A stretch of 64,000 nucleotides of DNA from an uncultured delta proteobacterium (lineage in GTDB: Bacteria > Desulfobacterota > RBG-13-43-22): NCBI GenBank assembly GCA_963802945.1, contig CAWDKY010000030.1, positions 1 through 64,000 on the forward strand. The letters are read 5' to 3'. The position numbers were made by a program, and so were the translations under genes. Each line of letters opens with the position of its first letter. The stretch's first letter is position 1. Shown here one piece after another: positions 9,708 through 20,242 of the stretch. The notes beneath the pieces are model-generated. The model was not told the DNA's origin, made no database searches, and saw only the letters and a list, made by a program, of their open reading frames with translations.

Positions 9708-10712
9708 ATGAAACCTTTGATTCATTTTCTCCAACAACATCTTCCCTCAACCACCGAATACTCCGGGCGCTTGCGAATCAAGTCACTCAAAGGAGACGGC
9801 TCGGATCGCCAGGTCTATCGCCTATTGGCCGGAAACCGGACCTTTATTTGTGTTTCTCATCCCGGAGTCCGAAAAGGATTTCCTTCGGAAAACGATTCCT
9901 TTTTTTATATTGCCAACCATTTGAAAAATAAGGGGCTACCTACGCCTCTGATCCATGCCTTCGATCCTGGCCGTGGTCTATTCCTGATGCAGGATTTCGG
10001 CGATTATTCCCTTGAATCACTTATAAAAAAAATAAAAGAGCCTCGCCTTGTTAAACGAATTTATGAAACCATACTTAAGGTGCTTCTGATGATTCAGATC
10101 GAAGGGGCCAGAGATTTTGATTCCAGGTATTGTTATGATACACCGGTTTACGACGGTCTATTTTCCTGGCAACACGAATCCCTATACTTTATCGAGGCAT
10201 TCCTTAAAAGATTTTTAAAATGGAGGGTCGTACCGGCTGCAGTGGAAAAAGAATTAAAAGACTTGGCCCTGAAGGTGGATCGGGAAAAGACAAGGCTTTT
10301 TCTCTATCGTGATTTTCAATCCCGAAATATTATGATCTGGTCCGGAGGAATCGGTTTGATCGATTTTCAGGCTGCCCGGTTAGGCCCGCCCCAATACGAC
10401 TTGGCCTCGGTGTTGATAGACCCCTATGTCAATATCCCCGAAAAAATCCAGGAAGAACTTTATGATTTTTATCTTAAAGAACTTTCTGATGTTGTACCTG
10501 TTAACAAGTTAATCTTTAAAGAAAATTATGAAATCATCGCCTTCCAAAGAAATCTTCAAATCTTGGGCGCTTTTGCCTTTCTCTCCCGGGTCAAAGGCAA
10601 AACCTATTTTGAAGATTTTATTCCTTCCGCCTTGGCGTCTCTTAAAAGAAGGGTCGCGGGCAACACGTTTCGCCCCTTCAAAAATGTGAGACACCTCATC
10701 AAAGATCTTTAG
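9708..10712 (+). CDS. AmgK-like anomeric sugar kinase (aminoglycoside phosphotransferase fold)
   Basis: GDGSDR.YR, QDFGD, RDFQSRNIM, IDFQ.AR.GP..YDLASVL.D, QRNLQILGAF. Confidence 0.8.
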   Translation: MKPLIHFLQQHLPSTTEYSGRLRIKSLKGDGSDRQVYRLLAGNRTFICVSHPGVRKGFPSENDSFFYIANHLKNKGLPTPLIHAFDPGRGLFLMQDFGDYSLESLIKKIKEPRLVKRIYETILKVLLMIQIEGARDFDSRYCYDTPVYDGLFSWQHESLYFIEAFLKRFLKWRVVPAAVEKELKDLALKVDREKTRLFLYRDFQSRNIMIWSGGIGLIDFQAARLGPPQYDLASVLIDPYVNIPEKIQEELYDFYLKELSDVVPVNKLIFKENYEIIAFQRNLQILGAFAFLSRVKGKTYFEDFIPSALASLKRRVAGNTFRPFKNVRHLIKDL

Positions 10713-10769
10713 AATACATTCATTGGTTTTCCATTAGACGAAAAATAATCAGTTGCCATAATAACCCAA

Positions 10770-10798
10770 TTTTAACGTTTCTGTCACAATTTGGTAAC
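10770..10798 (+). promoter_or_regulatory. Pho-box array upstream of phoB
   Basis: TTTTAAC-n4-CTGTCAC-n4-TGGTAAC, 11-bp period. Confidence 0.7.
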
Positions 10799-10860
10799 AG
10801 AAATGCTGTTTAATCTAGGTGATTATTTTACTATAGACACCCAAAAACCCAGGCGATACA

Positions 10861-11553
10861 ATGAACCCCATCATGGCTAAACCAAAAATCCTAATAGTGG
10901 AAGACGATCCGGATATCTTGGAACTTCTTCACTTTAACCTGGGAAAAGCCGGCTTTCAAACCTTCCGAGCCGAAAATGGGGAACAGGCCGTCCTTTTGGC
11001 CCAAAAACATTCGCCTGACCTTGTTCTTTTGGACCTTCTCCTGCCGGGTATGGACGGCCTGGAAGTCTGTCGCCGGATGAAAAAGGATCCGGACATGCAG
11101 CATATTCCCATTATCATGGTCACGGCCAAAGGGGAAGAAATGGATCGGGTGGTAGGGCTTGAATTGGGGGCTGATGATTATGTCGTAAAACCGTTCAGTG
11201 TCCGGGAAATAATCCTTCGCATTCAGAAATTGCTGGACCGCCAAGAAAAACAAGGGCCCCCTTCATTCCTGAAAGCCGAGTCCTTAATCCTGAATTTAGA
11301 GGCCCACACCGCCAAGTTGGAAGATAAATGGTTAGATTTAACGGCTACCGAATTTCGATTATTGGCCCACCTGATGCGTTCTCGAGGAAGGGTTCAGACC
11401 CGGGAAATTCTCTTAGATAAGGTCTGGGGCTACACCTTTGAAGGTTATTCCCGGACAATAGACACCCATATTCGAAGAATCCGTATCAAACTGGGGTCTC
11501 ATCAAGACCTGATCGAAACGGTCAGGGGAGTCGGATACCGGTTCAAGATATGA
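10861..11553 (+). CDS. phoB: OmpR/PhoB-family response regulator PhoB
   Basis: REC (EDD, D, KPF) plus winged helix (RTIDTHIRR, ETVRGVGY); precedes phoR and pst. Confidence 0.85.
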   Translation: MNPIMAKPKILIVEDDPDILELLHFNLGKAGFQTFRAENGEQAVLLAQKHSPDLVLLDLLLPGMDGLEVCRRMKKDPDMQHIPIIMVTAKGEEMDRVVGLELGADDYVVKPFSVREIILRIQKLLDRQEKQGPPSFLKAESLILNLEAHTAKLEDKWLDLTATEFRLLAHLMRSRGRVQTREILLDKVWGYTFEGYSRTIDTHIRRIRIKLGSHQDLIETVRGVGYRFKI

Positions 11554-11557
11554 AAAT

Positions 11558-13456
11558 ATGAGTTCACGCTGGTACCTTAAAATACTATCGGCATTTATTC
11601 TGATCATCCTGATCGTGGTCATTCCAAGTACCTTCTACGTAGGATCCAACCTGAAGAAATTTCTAATAGATCAGAAGGAGGAAGAACTCAGGCGGGAAGT
11701 AAAACTGGCCGGTCAAATGGTTGCCGACCGATTTAGCACTGATCCGGTGGATGCCGCCAAGATACAAAAATTGGCCCTTCAAGTTGGAGGGGATCTTCAA
11801 AAAAGAGTGACTATTATCTCACGGAATGGACGGGTCCTGGGAGATTCCGGCCTGATCTCTGAAGCGGTCGATAAAATGGAGGATCATTCTAACCGCCCGG
11901 AAATTCTGGCTGCCAAGGCCAGGGGATTCGGTCAAAGCATCCGCTTCAGTACAACCTTGCAAACCAATACCCTTTATGGGGCTGTTCCCATTTATCAAAA
12001 AAATCGTCTTTCCGGATATGTGAGGCTGGCCTTACCGTTGAGTCAGGTGGAAGACATGGTGTCCGGTCTTCGCCGTAAGTTGATACTGGCAGGTGTGCTG
12101 ACCGGCATCCTGGCTGTCCTGTTCAGTTTCTTTTTAACCTGGAGTATCAACCGCCCCCTGCGCGAGATAACCGCTATGATGAAGAAGATGGCTGAAGGGG
12201 ACTTGAAACAGCCCTTTCATCTCCTGCCCAAAACGGAATTTAGAGACCTCTCTTCCTCTCTGGAATACATGGCCAACGAGCTTATTGAGAAAATAGGAAA
12301 GTTGGATATTGAAACAAACCAGATGACTACTCTGCTTTCAACCATGCGGGAGGGCGTTTTAATAACCGATGAAAAAGGTCGCATCATCTTGATGAATTCC
12401 TTTTTAGAGCAAGTATTGGATCAAAAGATGACCTGGAAGAAGCGAACGGTTCAAGAAGTATTTATGAATAGTGAATTTCAGGACGCTGTCGAGTCCGTAC
12501 TTCAAGGTGGTTCTTTTAAAAAATTAGAGATTATCTACGGCCGAGATCCCCAAATGCATTTCGATGTTCATGTTGTCGCCCTTTTTCCCGGCGAGCGTTC
12601 CCATCGTGTCGTAGCCTTATTCCATGATACCACCAGGCTACAGTACCTCTTAAAAGTACGCCAGGATTTTGTGGCTAATGCCTCTCATGAACTCCGAACC
12701 CCGCTGACCTCGATCGGCGGTTATGTGGAAACCCTTTTCCCTTTGGTCTCTTCGGATCCCCCTGAGGTTCAGCGCTTTCTATCCATCATCCAAAAGAATG
12801 TCAAACAAATGAATTTTCTGGTCTCCGATTTATTGGATTTGACTAAATTGGATGTTCAGGAAAAACCGGATAACAAGCAGGAACAGATTTTGGTCCCTGA
12901 GGTCCTGGAAACCGCCGAACAGATGATAAAAGAGCAAGCCAACCAAAAAGGAATTGATTTTCCCCATGAATGGAACAAAATCCCTCAGGACTTAAGGGCC
13001 TTCTGGGAAAAAGACCGCATTGTGCAGGCCTTGTTTAATGTGCTGGATAATGCTGTTAAATATACGCCGGAAGGTGGCCGAATTCACCTGCGAGCGAAAT
13101 TAGTTCAGCGTCCAGCGCCTACGATCGGCAGGAGCGTTCAGCGAAAAGATGAAATCGACGAACTCCAAACTCCAAACTCCGGACTCCACCAAGATTTCTT
13201 AGAAATCTCGGTGGAGGATACCGGTATCGGTATCCCCAAGGAACACCTTGACCGCATCTTTGAACGATTTTACCGGGTGGACAAGGCCCGCTCCCGGGAA
13301 ATGGGTGGAACCGGTTTGGGGCTGGCCATCGTCAAGCACATCGTTGAGTCCCATGGCGGTGTGGTACAGGTTGATAGCATTTTAGGCAAAGGCTCCACCT
13401 TCATGATCATCCTTCCTTTGAACAAAAAGTTATCCTCTGAAGTCACCTCTAATTGA
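11558..13456 (+). CDS. phoR: Phosphate sensor histidine kinase PhoR (TM, Cache-like, HAMP, PAS, HisKA, HATPase)
   Basis: MEDHSNRPE, DFVANASHELRTPLT, DNAVKY, RIFERFYRVDKARSREMGGTGLGLAI. Confidence 0.9.
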   Translation: MSSRWYLKILSAFILIILIVVIPSTFYVGSNLKKFLIDQKEEELRREVKLAGQMVADRFSTDPVDAAKIQKLALQVGGDLQKRVTIISRNGRVLGDSGLISEAVDKMEDHSNRPEILAAKARGFGQSIRFSTTLQTNTLYGAVPIYQKNRLSGYVRLALPLSQVEDMVSGLRRKLILAGVLTGILAVLFSFFLTWSINRPLREITAMMKKMAEGDLKQPFHLLPKTEFRDLSSSLEYMANELIEKIGKLDIETNQMTTLLSTMREGVLITDEKGRIILMNSFLEQVLDQKMTWKKRTVQEVFMNSEFQDAVESVLQGGSFKKLEIIYGRDPQMHFDVHVVALFPGERSHRVVALFHDTTRLQYLLKVRQDFVANASHELRTPLTSIGGYVETLFPLVSSDPPEVQRFLSIIQKNVKQMNFLVSDLLDLTKLDVQEKPDNKQEQILVPEVLETAEQMIKEQANQKGIDFPHEWNKIPQDLRAFWEKDRIVQALFNVLDNAVKYTPEGGRIHLRAKLVQRPAPTIGRSVQRKDEIDELQTPNSGLHQDFLEISVEDTGIGIPKEHLDRIFERFYRVDKARSREMGGTGLGLAIVKHIVESHGGVVQVDSILGKGSTFMIILPLNKKLSSEVTSN

Positions 13457-13670
13457 TTTTTTCTTGGCTTAGAAAACTCTTTTGAAGATAGCCTTCCCTA
13501 CATACTTCAGTCATATTACTTTAACTCTCTTCGCCCAACTGACATCTCCTATTCTTGAACTTAACGGACCCATTCCCCGTCTGTTTCCCACCTCCCAATT
13601 CTCATCTTAGAAATCCTAATGTTCCACCTTCCTAGCCCATCGATTATCGATCGAATGCGCACACCTCGTT

Positions 13671-13710
13671 TTTTAACACAAAAGTAACCTGACGATCATA
13701 TTTCCTTAAT
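13671..13710 (+). promoter_or_regulatory. Pho-box array upstream of pstS (set 1)
   Basis: TTTTAAC, AAGTAAC, CGATCAT, CCTTAAT at 11-bp spacing. Confidence 0.65.
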
Positions 13711-13766
13711 ATAAAAGTCGCATATAAGTATCGATTAAATACCATTTTTTTAAGGAGGAAATCGAA

Positions 13767-14813
13767 ATGAAAGGTTTTTCTAAATTCTTTTTACTGGTTG
13801 GTTTGGTGGCCTTGGGGCTGGCCACTGCTTCCTGGGCAGCCGACATGGAATTGCTGGGGGCTGGGGCCACCTTTCCACAACCCCTCTATTCGAAAATGTT
13901 TTATGAATACTACAATGATTTCAGAGTCAAAATTAATTACCAGGGAATCGGTTCCGGTGGAGGAATCAAACAACTCAGCAGCAAGGTGGTGGACTTCGGC
14001 GGTACGGATGCCTTTATGACCAATGATCAGATAAAAGAGGCCGGGGCGCCGATCCTTCATGTCCCCACCTGTCTTGGCGCAGTGGTCATTTCTTATAATC
14101 TGCCCGACAGCCCCAAACTTAAGTTTACCCCTGATGTGGTTGCCGATATTTTCCTGGGAAAGATCAAGAAATGGAATGATCCCCGAATTATGTCCTTAAA
14201 TCAGGGGGTACATCTTCCTGATTTGGCCATAAGCGTGGCCCATCGTTCCGACGGCAGCGGCACGACCAATATTTTCAGTGACTATCTGTGCAAAATAAGT
14301 CCCGAATGGAAAGAAAAGGTCGGTATGGGAACCTCCCTGAATTGGCCGGTCGGAATAGGCGGTAAAGGCAATCCTGGGGTCGCCGGATTGATTCAGCAAG
14401 TCCCCGGTGCCATAGGGTATGTGGAACTCATCTACACCTTGCAAAACAAGATGCCGGCCGCCGTCTTAAAAAATAAGGCCGGAAAATTCATCGAACCCAC
14501 CATCAAATCCACCAGTGCCGCGGCCAATATCAAATTACCCGATGATACCAATATCTCATTGACCAATACCGAAGCAGCCGGCGGATATCCCATTGCTGGC
14601 TTCACCTGGCTGATTTTTTATAAAGAGCAAAATTACGGTGGGAGAACCCTGGAAAGGGCCGAAGCCCTGGCCAATTTGGTAAAATGGGCCATAACCGGCG
14701 GTCAAAAATATGCCGAAGCATTGAATTATGCCCCCCTTTCTAAGGACGCAGAGGCCAAAGCCGTCAAGATCGTCCAGGCTATGACCTATAATGGAAAACC
14801 GGTTTTAAAATAG
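13767..14813 (+). CDS. pstS: Phosphate ABC transporter substrate-binding protein
   Basis: Signal peptide, GAGATFP, GSGGG, DFGGTD, RSDGSGTT, YPI. Confidence 0.95.
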   Translation: MKGFSKFFLLVGLVALGLATASWAADMELLGAGATFPQPLYSKMFYEYYNDFRVKINYQGIGSGGGIKQLSSKVVDFGGTDAFMTNDQIKEAGAPILHVPTCLGAVVISYNLPDSPKLKFTPDVVADIFLGKIKKWNDPRIMSLNQGVHLPDLAISVAHRSDGSGTTNIFSDYLCKISPEWKEKVGMGTSLNWPVGIGGKGNPGVAGLIQQVPGAIGYVELIYTLQNKMPAAVLKNKAGKFIEPTIKSTSAAANIKLPDDTNISLTNTEAAGGYPIAGFTWLIFYKEQNYGGRTLERAEALANLVKWAITGGQKYAEALNYAPLSKDAEAKAVKIVQAMTYNGKPVLK

Positions 14814-14899
14814 GTCTCAATTTCGGAATTCGGAAATTTAGATAAAATTCTTTTCAGGTTTCGTAACGCCCTATAGAGCATGAGGAATTAACGCGAAAA

Positions 14900-14975
14900 T
14901 AGGATTCCGGGATTCGAGGGTTCAATCCCGCCGATGACGGGACTGGACCCCTTGAATCCTTAGTCCTCGAATTTT
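14900..14975. repeat. Degenerate 8-mer (ggattcga/gggttcaa) inverted-repeat element between pstS and pstC; a related element lies at about 40017..40112
   Basis: ggattccgggattcgagggttcaa ... cccttgaatccttagtcctcgaat. Confidence 0.5.
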
Positions 14976-15004
14976 TAATGTGGCATTGAAGCATTGTGGT
15001 TGGA

Positions 15005-15922
15005 ATGAAGGAAACAAACAACAACATTTGGGTCATTGACAAGTCCGAAAAACGATTTACGGATTTCCTATCTTTTTTCGCCTACGGAACCGTCGCCCTG
15101 CTCTTGGGTATTTTCATCACCTTGCTGATTCATGCCTGGTCGTCTATTAAGGTCTTCGGCCTTTCTTTTTTTGCCGGACGCCTCTGGAATCCGGTAATCA
15201 ATCAATTCGGAGCTCTGCCCTTTTTGGTGGGGACCTTGGTGACCTCTTTTCTATCGCTGCTTATCTCGATTCCTTTTTCTGTGGCCATCTCTGTTTTACT
15301 CGGCGAATATTATAAAGAAGGAGCTCTCTCCTCCTTCCTTAAAAGTTCTATAGAGGTTTTAGCCGGCATCCCCTCGGTAATCTATGGGTTGTGGGGCTTA
15401 TTTATTCTCATCCCCATCGTCAGGGCCATAGAGATCAAAATAGGTGTATCCGCCGAAGGCGTTGGATTGTTTTCTTCCTCGCTGATCCTGGCCATCATGG
15501 TCATTCCTTACGCAGCCTCTATTGGCCGGGAGGTCATTGCCCTGGCCCCAGCCGATCTTAAGGAGGCCGCCTATTCCCTCGGGGCCACACGCTATGAGGT
15601 CGTTAAGAAGATTGTCCTGCCCTATGCCCGCTCAGGGATCATTGCCGGTATTTTGCTCTCTCTCGGAAGGGCCCTGGGAGAAACCATGGCCGTGACCATG
15701 CTCATCGGCAACCGGAACGCCATTCCTCACAGCATCTTTGATCCGGCCAATACCATGGCCAGTGTCATCGCCAATGAATTTACCGAGGCCACTTTGGAGA
15801 TTTATGTCTCCTCATTGATCAATATCGCCCTGGTGCTGTTTCTGGTCACCATGGTGGTTAATCTCATCGGGACTTACATCATTAAGAAAGTCAGCATCGC
15901 TGCTGAGAGAGAAGTCACCTGA
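15005..15922 (+). CDS. pstC: Phosphate ABC permease PstC
   Basis: LAGIPSVIYGLWG, EAAYSLGAT, GRALGETMAV. Confidence 0.95.
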   Translation: MKETNNNIWVIDKSEKRFTDFLSFFAYGTVALLLGIFITLLIHAWSSIKVFGLSFFAGRLWNPVINQFGALPFLVGTLVTSFLSLLISIPFSVAISVLLGEYYKEGALSSFLKSSIEVLAGIPSVIYGLWGLFILIPIVRAIEIKIGVSAEGVGLFSSSLILAIMVIPYAASIGREVIALAPADLKEAAYSLGATRYEVVKKIVLPYARSGIIAGILLSLGRALGETMAVTMLIGNRNAIPHSIFDPANTMASVIANEFTEATLEIYVSSLINIALVLFLVTMVVNLIGTYIIKKVSIAAEREVT

Positions 15923-16767
15923 TGGAATCCAATACCTCCTGGCGCATTTTTAAAAATACTTTCTTTAAGGGGGCGATTATCCTTCTCTCTTTTCTTTCCA
16001 TCTCGCCCATGCTTCTGATCCTTTTCTATATCGGAAAAAACGGGATCGCTTCAATCAATTGGGCTTTCCTCACCCAAACGCCTCGGCCCATGGGAGAAAT
16101 AGGGGGCGGGGTTTTTAACGCCATTGTGGGCACCTTTGTTCTTATAATACTCTCCAGCCTTTTCTCCGTGCCTGTTGGGATAACCACGGGAATCTATCTT
16201 TCGGAAAAACGGGAGGGCGTCCTTTCGCGAACCGTAAAACTGTGTGTCGAAATCCTGCAAGGCACCCCCTCAATCGTCATCGGCATCATTGCCTATACCT
16301 GGATCGTGCGCCCCTTTAGGAGCTTTTCGGTTTTTTCCGGGGCCATAGCCCTGAGCATGATGATGGTCCCGGTCATCATCAAGTCCACTGAAGAGACCTT
16401 AAAACTCATCCCTTATCACCTGAAGGAGGCCTCCCTGGCCCTTGGGGTGCCTTATCACAGAACCATTCTAAAGGTGATCTTACCGGCCGGTCTCAGCGGC
16501 ATAGTGACCGGCATTCTGTTAAGTATTGCCCGTATCACCGGGGAAACCGCCCCCCTGCTTTTTACCTCCTTCGGTAATCCCTTCTTAAATTGGAATCTCT
16601 TTAAACCCATGGAGTCCTTACCCCACATCATTTTTTATTATGCTACCAGCCCCTATCCGGAATTTCACCAATTTGCCTGGGGGGCGTCTTTTCTTCTGGT
16701 CGGTCTGGTTCTGCTGTTTAATCTTACTGCTCGGAGAATCTCAAAAAGATGGAAGATCCAATTGTAA
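15922..16767 (+). CDS. pstA: Phosphate ABC permease PstA
   Basis: [26 protein letters not shown]. Confidence 0.95.
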   Translation: MESNTSWRIFKNTFFKGAIILLSFLSISPMLLILFYIGKNGIASINWAFLTQTPRPMGEIGGGVFNAIVGTFVLIILSSLFSVPVGITTGIYLSEKREGVLSRTVKLCVEILQGTPSIVIGIIAYTWIVRPFRSFSVFSGAIALSMMMVPVIIKSTEETLKLIPYHLKEASLALGVPYHRTILKVILPAGLSGIVTGILLSIARITGETAPLLFTSFGNPFLNWNLFKPMESLPHIIFYYATSPYPEFHQFAWGASFLLVGLVLLFNLTARRISKRWKIQL

Positions 16768-17516
16768 ATGTCTTAAAAATTGAAAATTTTTCCGCCGGCT
16801 ACGGAGACAACCAGGTTTTGAAGGAGGTCAATCTTTCTATCGGCGACAATAGTGTCACGGCCCTGATGGGCCCTTCGGGTTGCGGTAAAACTACTATTAT
16901 CCGCTGCATCAATCGAATGCACGAACTGATTCCCGGAGCCAACATCGACGGAAAGATATATCTACGAAATAAAGATATCTACGCCATGCAGCCGATCGTG
17001 CTCAGAAGGAAAATCGGCATGGTCTTTCAAAAACCGAACCCCTTTCCCACCATGAGTATCTATGACAATGTCATCGCCGGCTATAAATTGAATGGGGTTC
17101 GTCTTCACCGATATGAAACAGAAGAAATTGTGGAACGATCCCTCCAAGGGGCGGCCTTATGGGAAGAGGTCAAGGATTTCCTCCACCGAAAGGGGACCTT
17201 TCTGTCCGGGGGCCAACAACAAAGGCTTTGCATCGCCCGGGCCCTGGCCATGAATCCGGAGATTTTGTTGCTGGATGAGCCGACTTCCGCTTTGGACCCG
17301 AAATCCACTTCTCATATAGAAGAATTGATTTCCGATTTGAAAAAAACCGTTACCATGCTCCTGGTGACCCACAACATTGCCCAGGCAGCGCGGGTTTCCG
17401 ATTTCACGGCCTTTATTTACTTGGGAGAAATGATTGAATACGGTTCGACCAATTCGATGTTCACCGTTCCCAAAGACAAGAGGACGGAAGAATACTTAAC
17501 CGGGAAATTTGGTTGA
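16749..17516 (+). CDS. pstB: Phosphate ABC ATPase PstB
   Basis: [36 protein letters not shown]. Confidence 0.95.
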   Translation: MEDPIVNVLKIENFSAGYGDNQVLKEVNLSIGDNSVTALMGPSGCGKTTIIRCINRMHELIPGANIDGKIYLRNKDIYAMQPIVLRRKIGMVFQKPNPFPTMSIYDNVIAGYKLNGVRLHRYETEEIVERSLQGAALWEEVKDFLHRKGTFLSGGQQQRLCIARALAMNPEILLLDEPTSALDPKSTSHIEELISDLKKTVTMLLVTHNIAQAARVSDFTAFIYLGEMIEYGSTNSMFTVPKDKRTEEYLTGKFG

Positions 17517-17527
17517 TAGGGGGAAAA

Positions 17528-18181
17528 ATGTTAGAAGAAAAAAATGCCGAACTCAGGAAGACCTTGATTGGTTATGCCATCCTGGTCGAAAAAATGATCG
17601 ACGACAGCATTCAAGGTTTGATGAGAATCGACCAGAACTCGCTCCTCCAGGTCATCAAAGAGAGCGAGAAAAAGGCCAATGAGACGGAAATCGTGATCGA
17701 TGATCTGTGTATCACGATTATCGCCCAATTCGGGCCTAAGGCCAAAGACCTGAGGACCGTCTTGATGAGTCTGAAAATCAACAATGACCTGGAGCGGATT
17801 GCCGATTATGCTGTCAATACCTCGGAAAGCGGCCTTTTTCTTATTACCCAACCCTTGGTCAAACCTTTATTGGATATCCCCAGGATGGCCGAGGCCACGA
17901 TCGACATGCTCCGAGACGCCGTCAGCGCCTTTGTCAATGAAGACCCGGATATGGCCGCCAGCGTCTGCAATAGAGATCATGTTGTGGATGAATTGGCTTC
18001 CCAGATTTTAAGGGAACTGATCACCTACATGATTGCCGACCCGTCAACCATCGAACGTGCCCTTCACCTGTTAAAAATAGCCCGTAATTTAGAACGCACC
18101 GCGGATCTTTCCACCAATATCTCCGAGGATGTGATTTACATGATTGAAGGTAAAGTGGTCAAACACGCCGATTCGGTTTAA
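17528..18181 (+). CDS. phoU: Phosphate signalling protein PhoU
   Basis: P.AKDLR, DLERIAD, LERTAD..TNISE repeated PhoU motifs. Confidence 0.95.
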   Translation: MLEEKNAELRKTLIGYAILVEKMIDDSIQGLMRIDQNSLLQVIKESEKKANETEIVIDDLCITIIAQFGPKAKDLRTVLMSLKINNDLERIADYAVNTSESGLFLITQPLVKPLLDIPRMAEATIDMLRDAVSAFVNEDPDMAASVCNRDHVVDELASQILRELITYMIADPSTIERALHLLKIARNLERTADLSTNISEDVIYMIEGKVVKHADSV

Positions 18182-18201
18182 TGTTGATTTCACCTATTGT
18201 T

Positions 18202-19992
18202 TCAGGCGGCCTGAGCAAGGCTTCTGTTATGCCGTCCCACATATTGAACGGCCACCTTGTTGACCGCTTTTTTAGCCAGTTGTTTGACCGACGCCAGGGT
18301 TTGGGATATTTCTTCAAGAGTGTGATCTTTAGTTCCGTCGCCTAAGATCATGACAGCGGCGCTCACCGAAAGCAAGGGCACTTTGACTGATTTGCCTTGC
18401 CTGTTTTTCACTATAACATATCCGGCCTTCTTGGCCTCATCTTCATAGAGATTGACCACATCCTGTCTAAACTTTTCAACGATCCTCTGGATCAGACCGA
18501 TATAATGATCATCCGGAAGATTATCCATGGGAAGGGAGGCAAAAAAGTCATCCCCGCCGATATGTCCCACAAACATCTGATAAAGATGGGAGCTTTCTTT
18601 AAGGATATCGGCAAAAAGCAGAATGGCCCTGTCTCCTCTCCGAAATCCGTAGGTATCATTAAAAGGCTTAAAATTGTCGAAATCAAAGTAAATAAACATA
18701 TGCTTCTGTTGACCGTTTCCGAGATAACGGGCGATGTGATCGTTGATGATCGTATTACCCGGAAGTTTGGTCAGCGGGTTTTGATCCCGGGCAATGGTCA
18801 GATTTTTTTCATTAAGCAGATTAAGTAAAGCCAGCATACTTAGAAGCCCTTTGTATTTGCCGTTTTCGGTGACGATAATGGCTTCACAATTCTTATCCCG
18901 GGTAACGACTTCCAGAATTTGTTCTATCTCGGTGCTGATGTCCGTTACCGGGGTTTTAGTTAAGAAGGTCAAAGGGGTTATTCCTAACCTTTAATTTTTA
19001 AGCAGCTCCTTTCCAAAAGGAGAGTAGACATAATTCTTTAGATCTTTTTCCCTCACAATACCCAAAGGCTCCTGATCCGAATTGACTATCGGCAGATAAG
19101 TAGCCGAACTTTGTTTTCGAAAAACCTCTAAAAGATTATTCACGGAATGCTTGGGGTAGTAAATCGGCTCGACATATTCCATCTGTTCCTGAATCAGCTT
19201 TTGATCGGAATGGGTTGCCCTGAGGTTCCGTTGATTATAGACAAAGACTTCTTCGTATCTATACTGAATGTCTGATACTCGCTGGGTAGGCCGTTGGATA
19301 AAATAACCCTGGACAAAATCGCATCCCATGTCATGACAGACATAGAATTCTTTTTCCGTTTCAATACCCTCGGCAATGACCTGTATCCCCTGTATATGAG
19401 CCAGTTTGATGATATTGGAGACAAACAGCTTTTTCCTGGGGTCATTCTCAATGTCCGAGATAAAGAAACGATCGATCTTGATAAAATTCGGCTCTGAATG
19501 ATAGAGCAATTGAAGTCCGGAAAATCCCGTCCCGAAATCATCGATCGCAATCATATAGGTCTGTTTTTTATAGGCATCAAAGGCCTTTCTGGTTTCCAAA
19601 CCGAAATTAAGCTCATGCCTTTCGGAGAGCTCGAAGCAGATAGAACAATAATTCAATCCATATTCGGAGAGCAGTTCCGAGGTAAATCCCGGGACATAAT
19701 CCGGCATTAAAAGGAGACGGTTATCCAGGTTATAAAACAACTTAATTTTTTTGTGAAAATAGATGGTCGTAAATTTTTGAATGGCTCTGTTACGCAACTG
19801 CAAATCAAGACCGAAAAGATTTTGATCCTTGCGGGCCGCATCAAATAAACCTGTTATGGATTCAAAACCGGCTTGTTCCTGGCCTCTCATTAGAGCCTCC
19901 ACCCCATAACACAGTCCGGTATGAATATTGACGATGGGTTGAAAGGCGTAATCAATATTTTCTACAATGTTCTGCCATTTTGCTTCTATCAT
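18202..19992 (-). CDS. EAL-CBS-GGDEF c-di-GMP enzyme, split by a frameshift near 18990
   Basis: FQPIV, EALMR, IDDFGTG, EGIET (EAL); YVYSPFGKELL linker; QNPLTKLPGN, DFDNFKPFND, GGDDF (GGDEF). Confidence 0.8.
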
Positions 19993-20074
19993 GTTTTTTC
20001 CTTTCTGGTTTTTCGTCAATGGAAAACAAAAATATTAATATAGGATCGTTTTAATACAATTTGAAGGCTGTTCT

Positions 20075-20188
20075 TTTACATTTTGGTTAAATAATCGGGC
20101 TTCCTCCGGAAGCTAGGAATTCCTCTTGCCTTTCTCTCCACCTCCTAAATTTTATCCAAATGTAACTACCTCACCATGAAATCGTCAT
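20075..20188. promoter_or_regulatory. Divergent Pho-box arrays for the EAL gene (-, 20075..20092) and the OlsF-like gene (+, 20160..20188)
   Basis: Minus strand: ATTTAAC-n4-ATGTAAA. Plus strand: ATGTAAC-n4-TCACCAT-n4-TCGTCAT. Confidence 0.55.
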
Positions 20189-20242
20189 ATATTTATTTTA
20201 TTAATAATTCTGCCATTATTAAAATCAACCAGGAGGTGTCCT

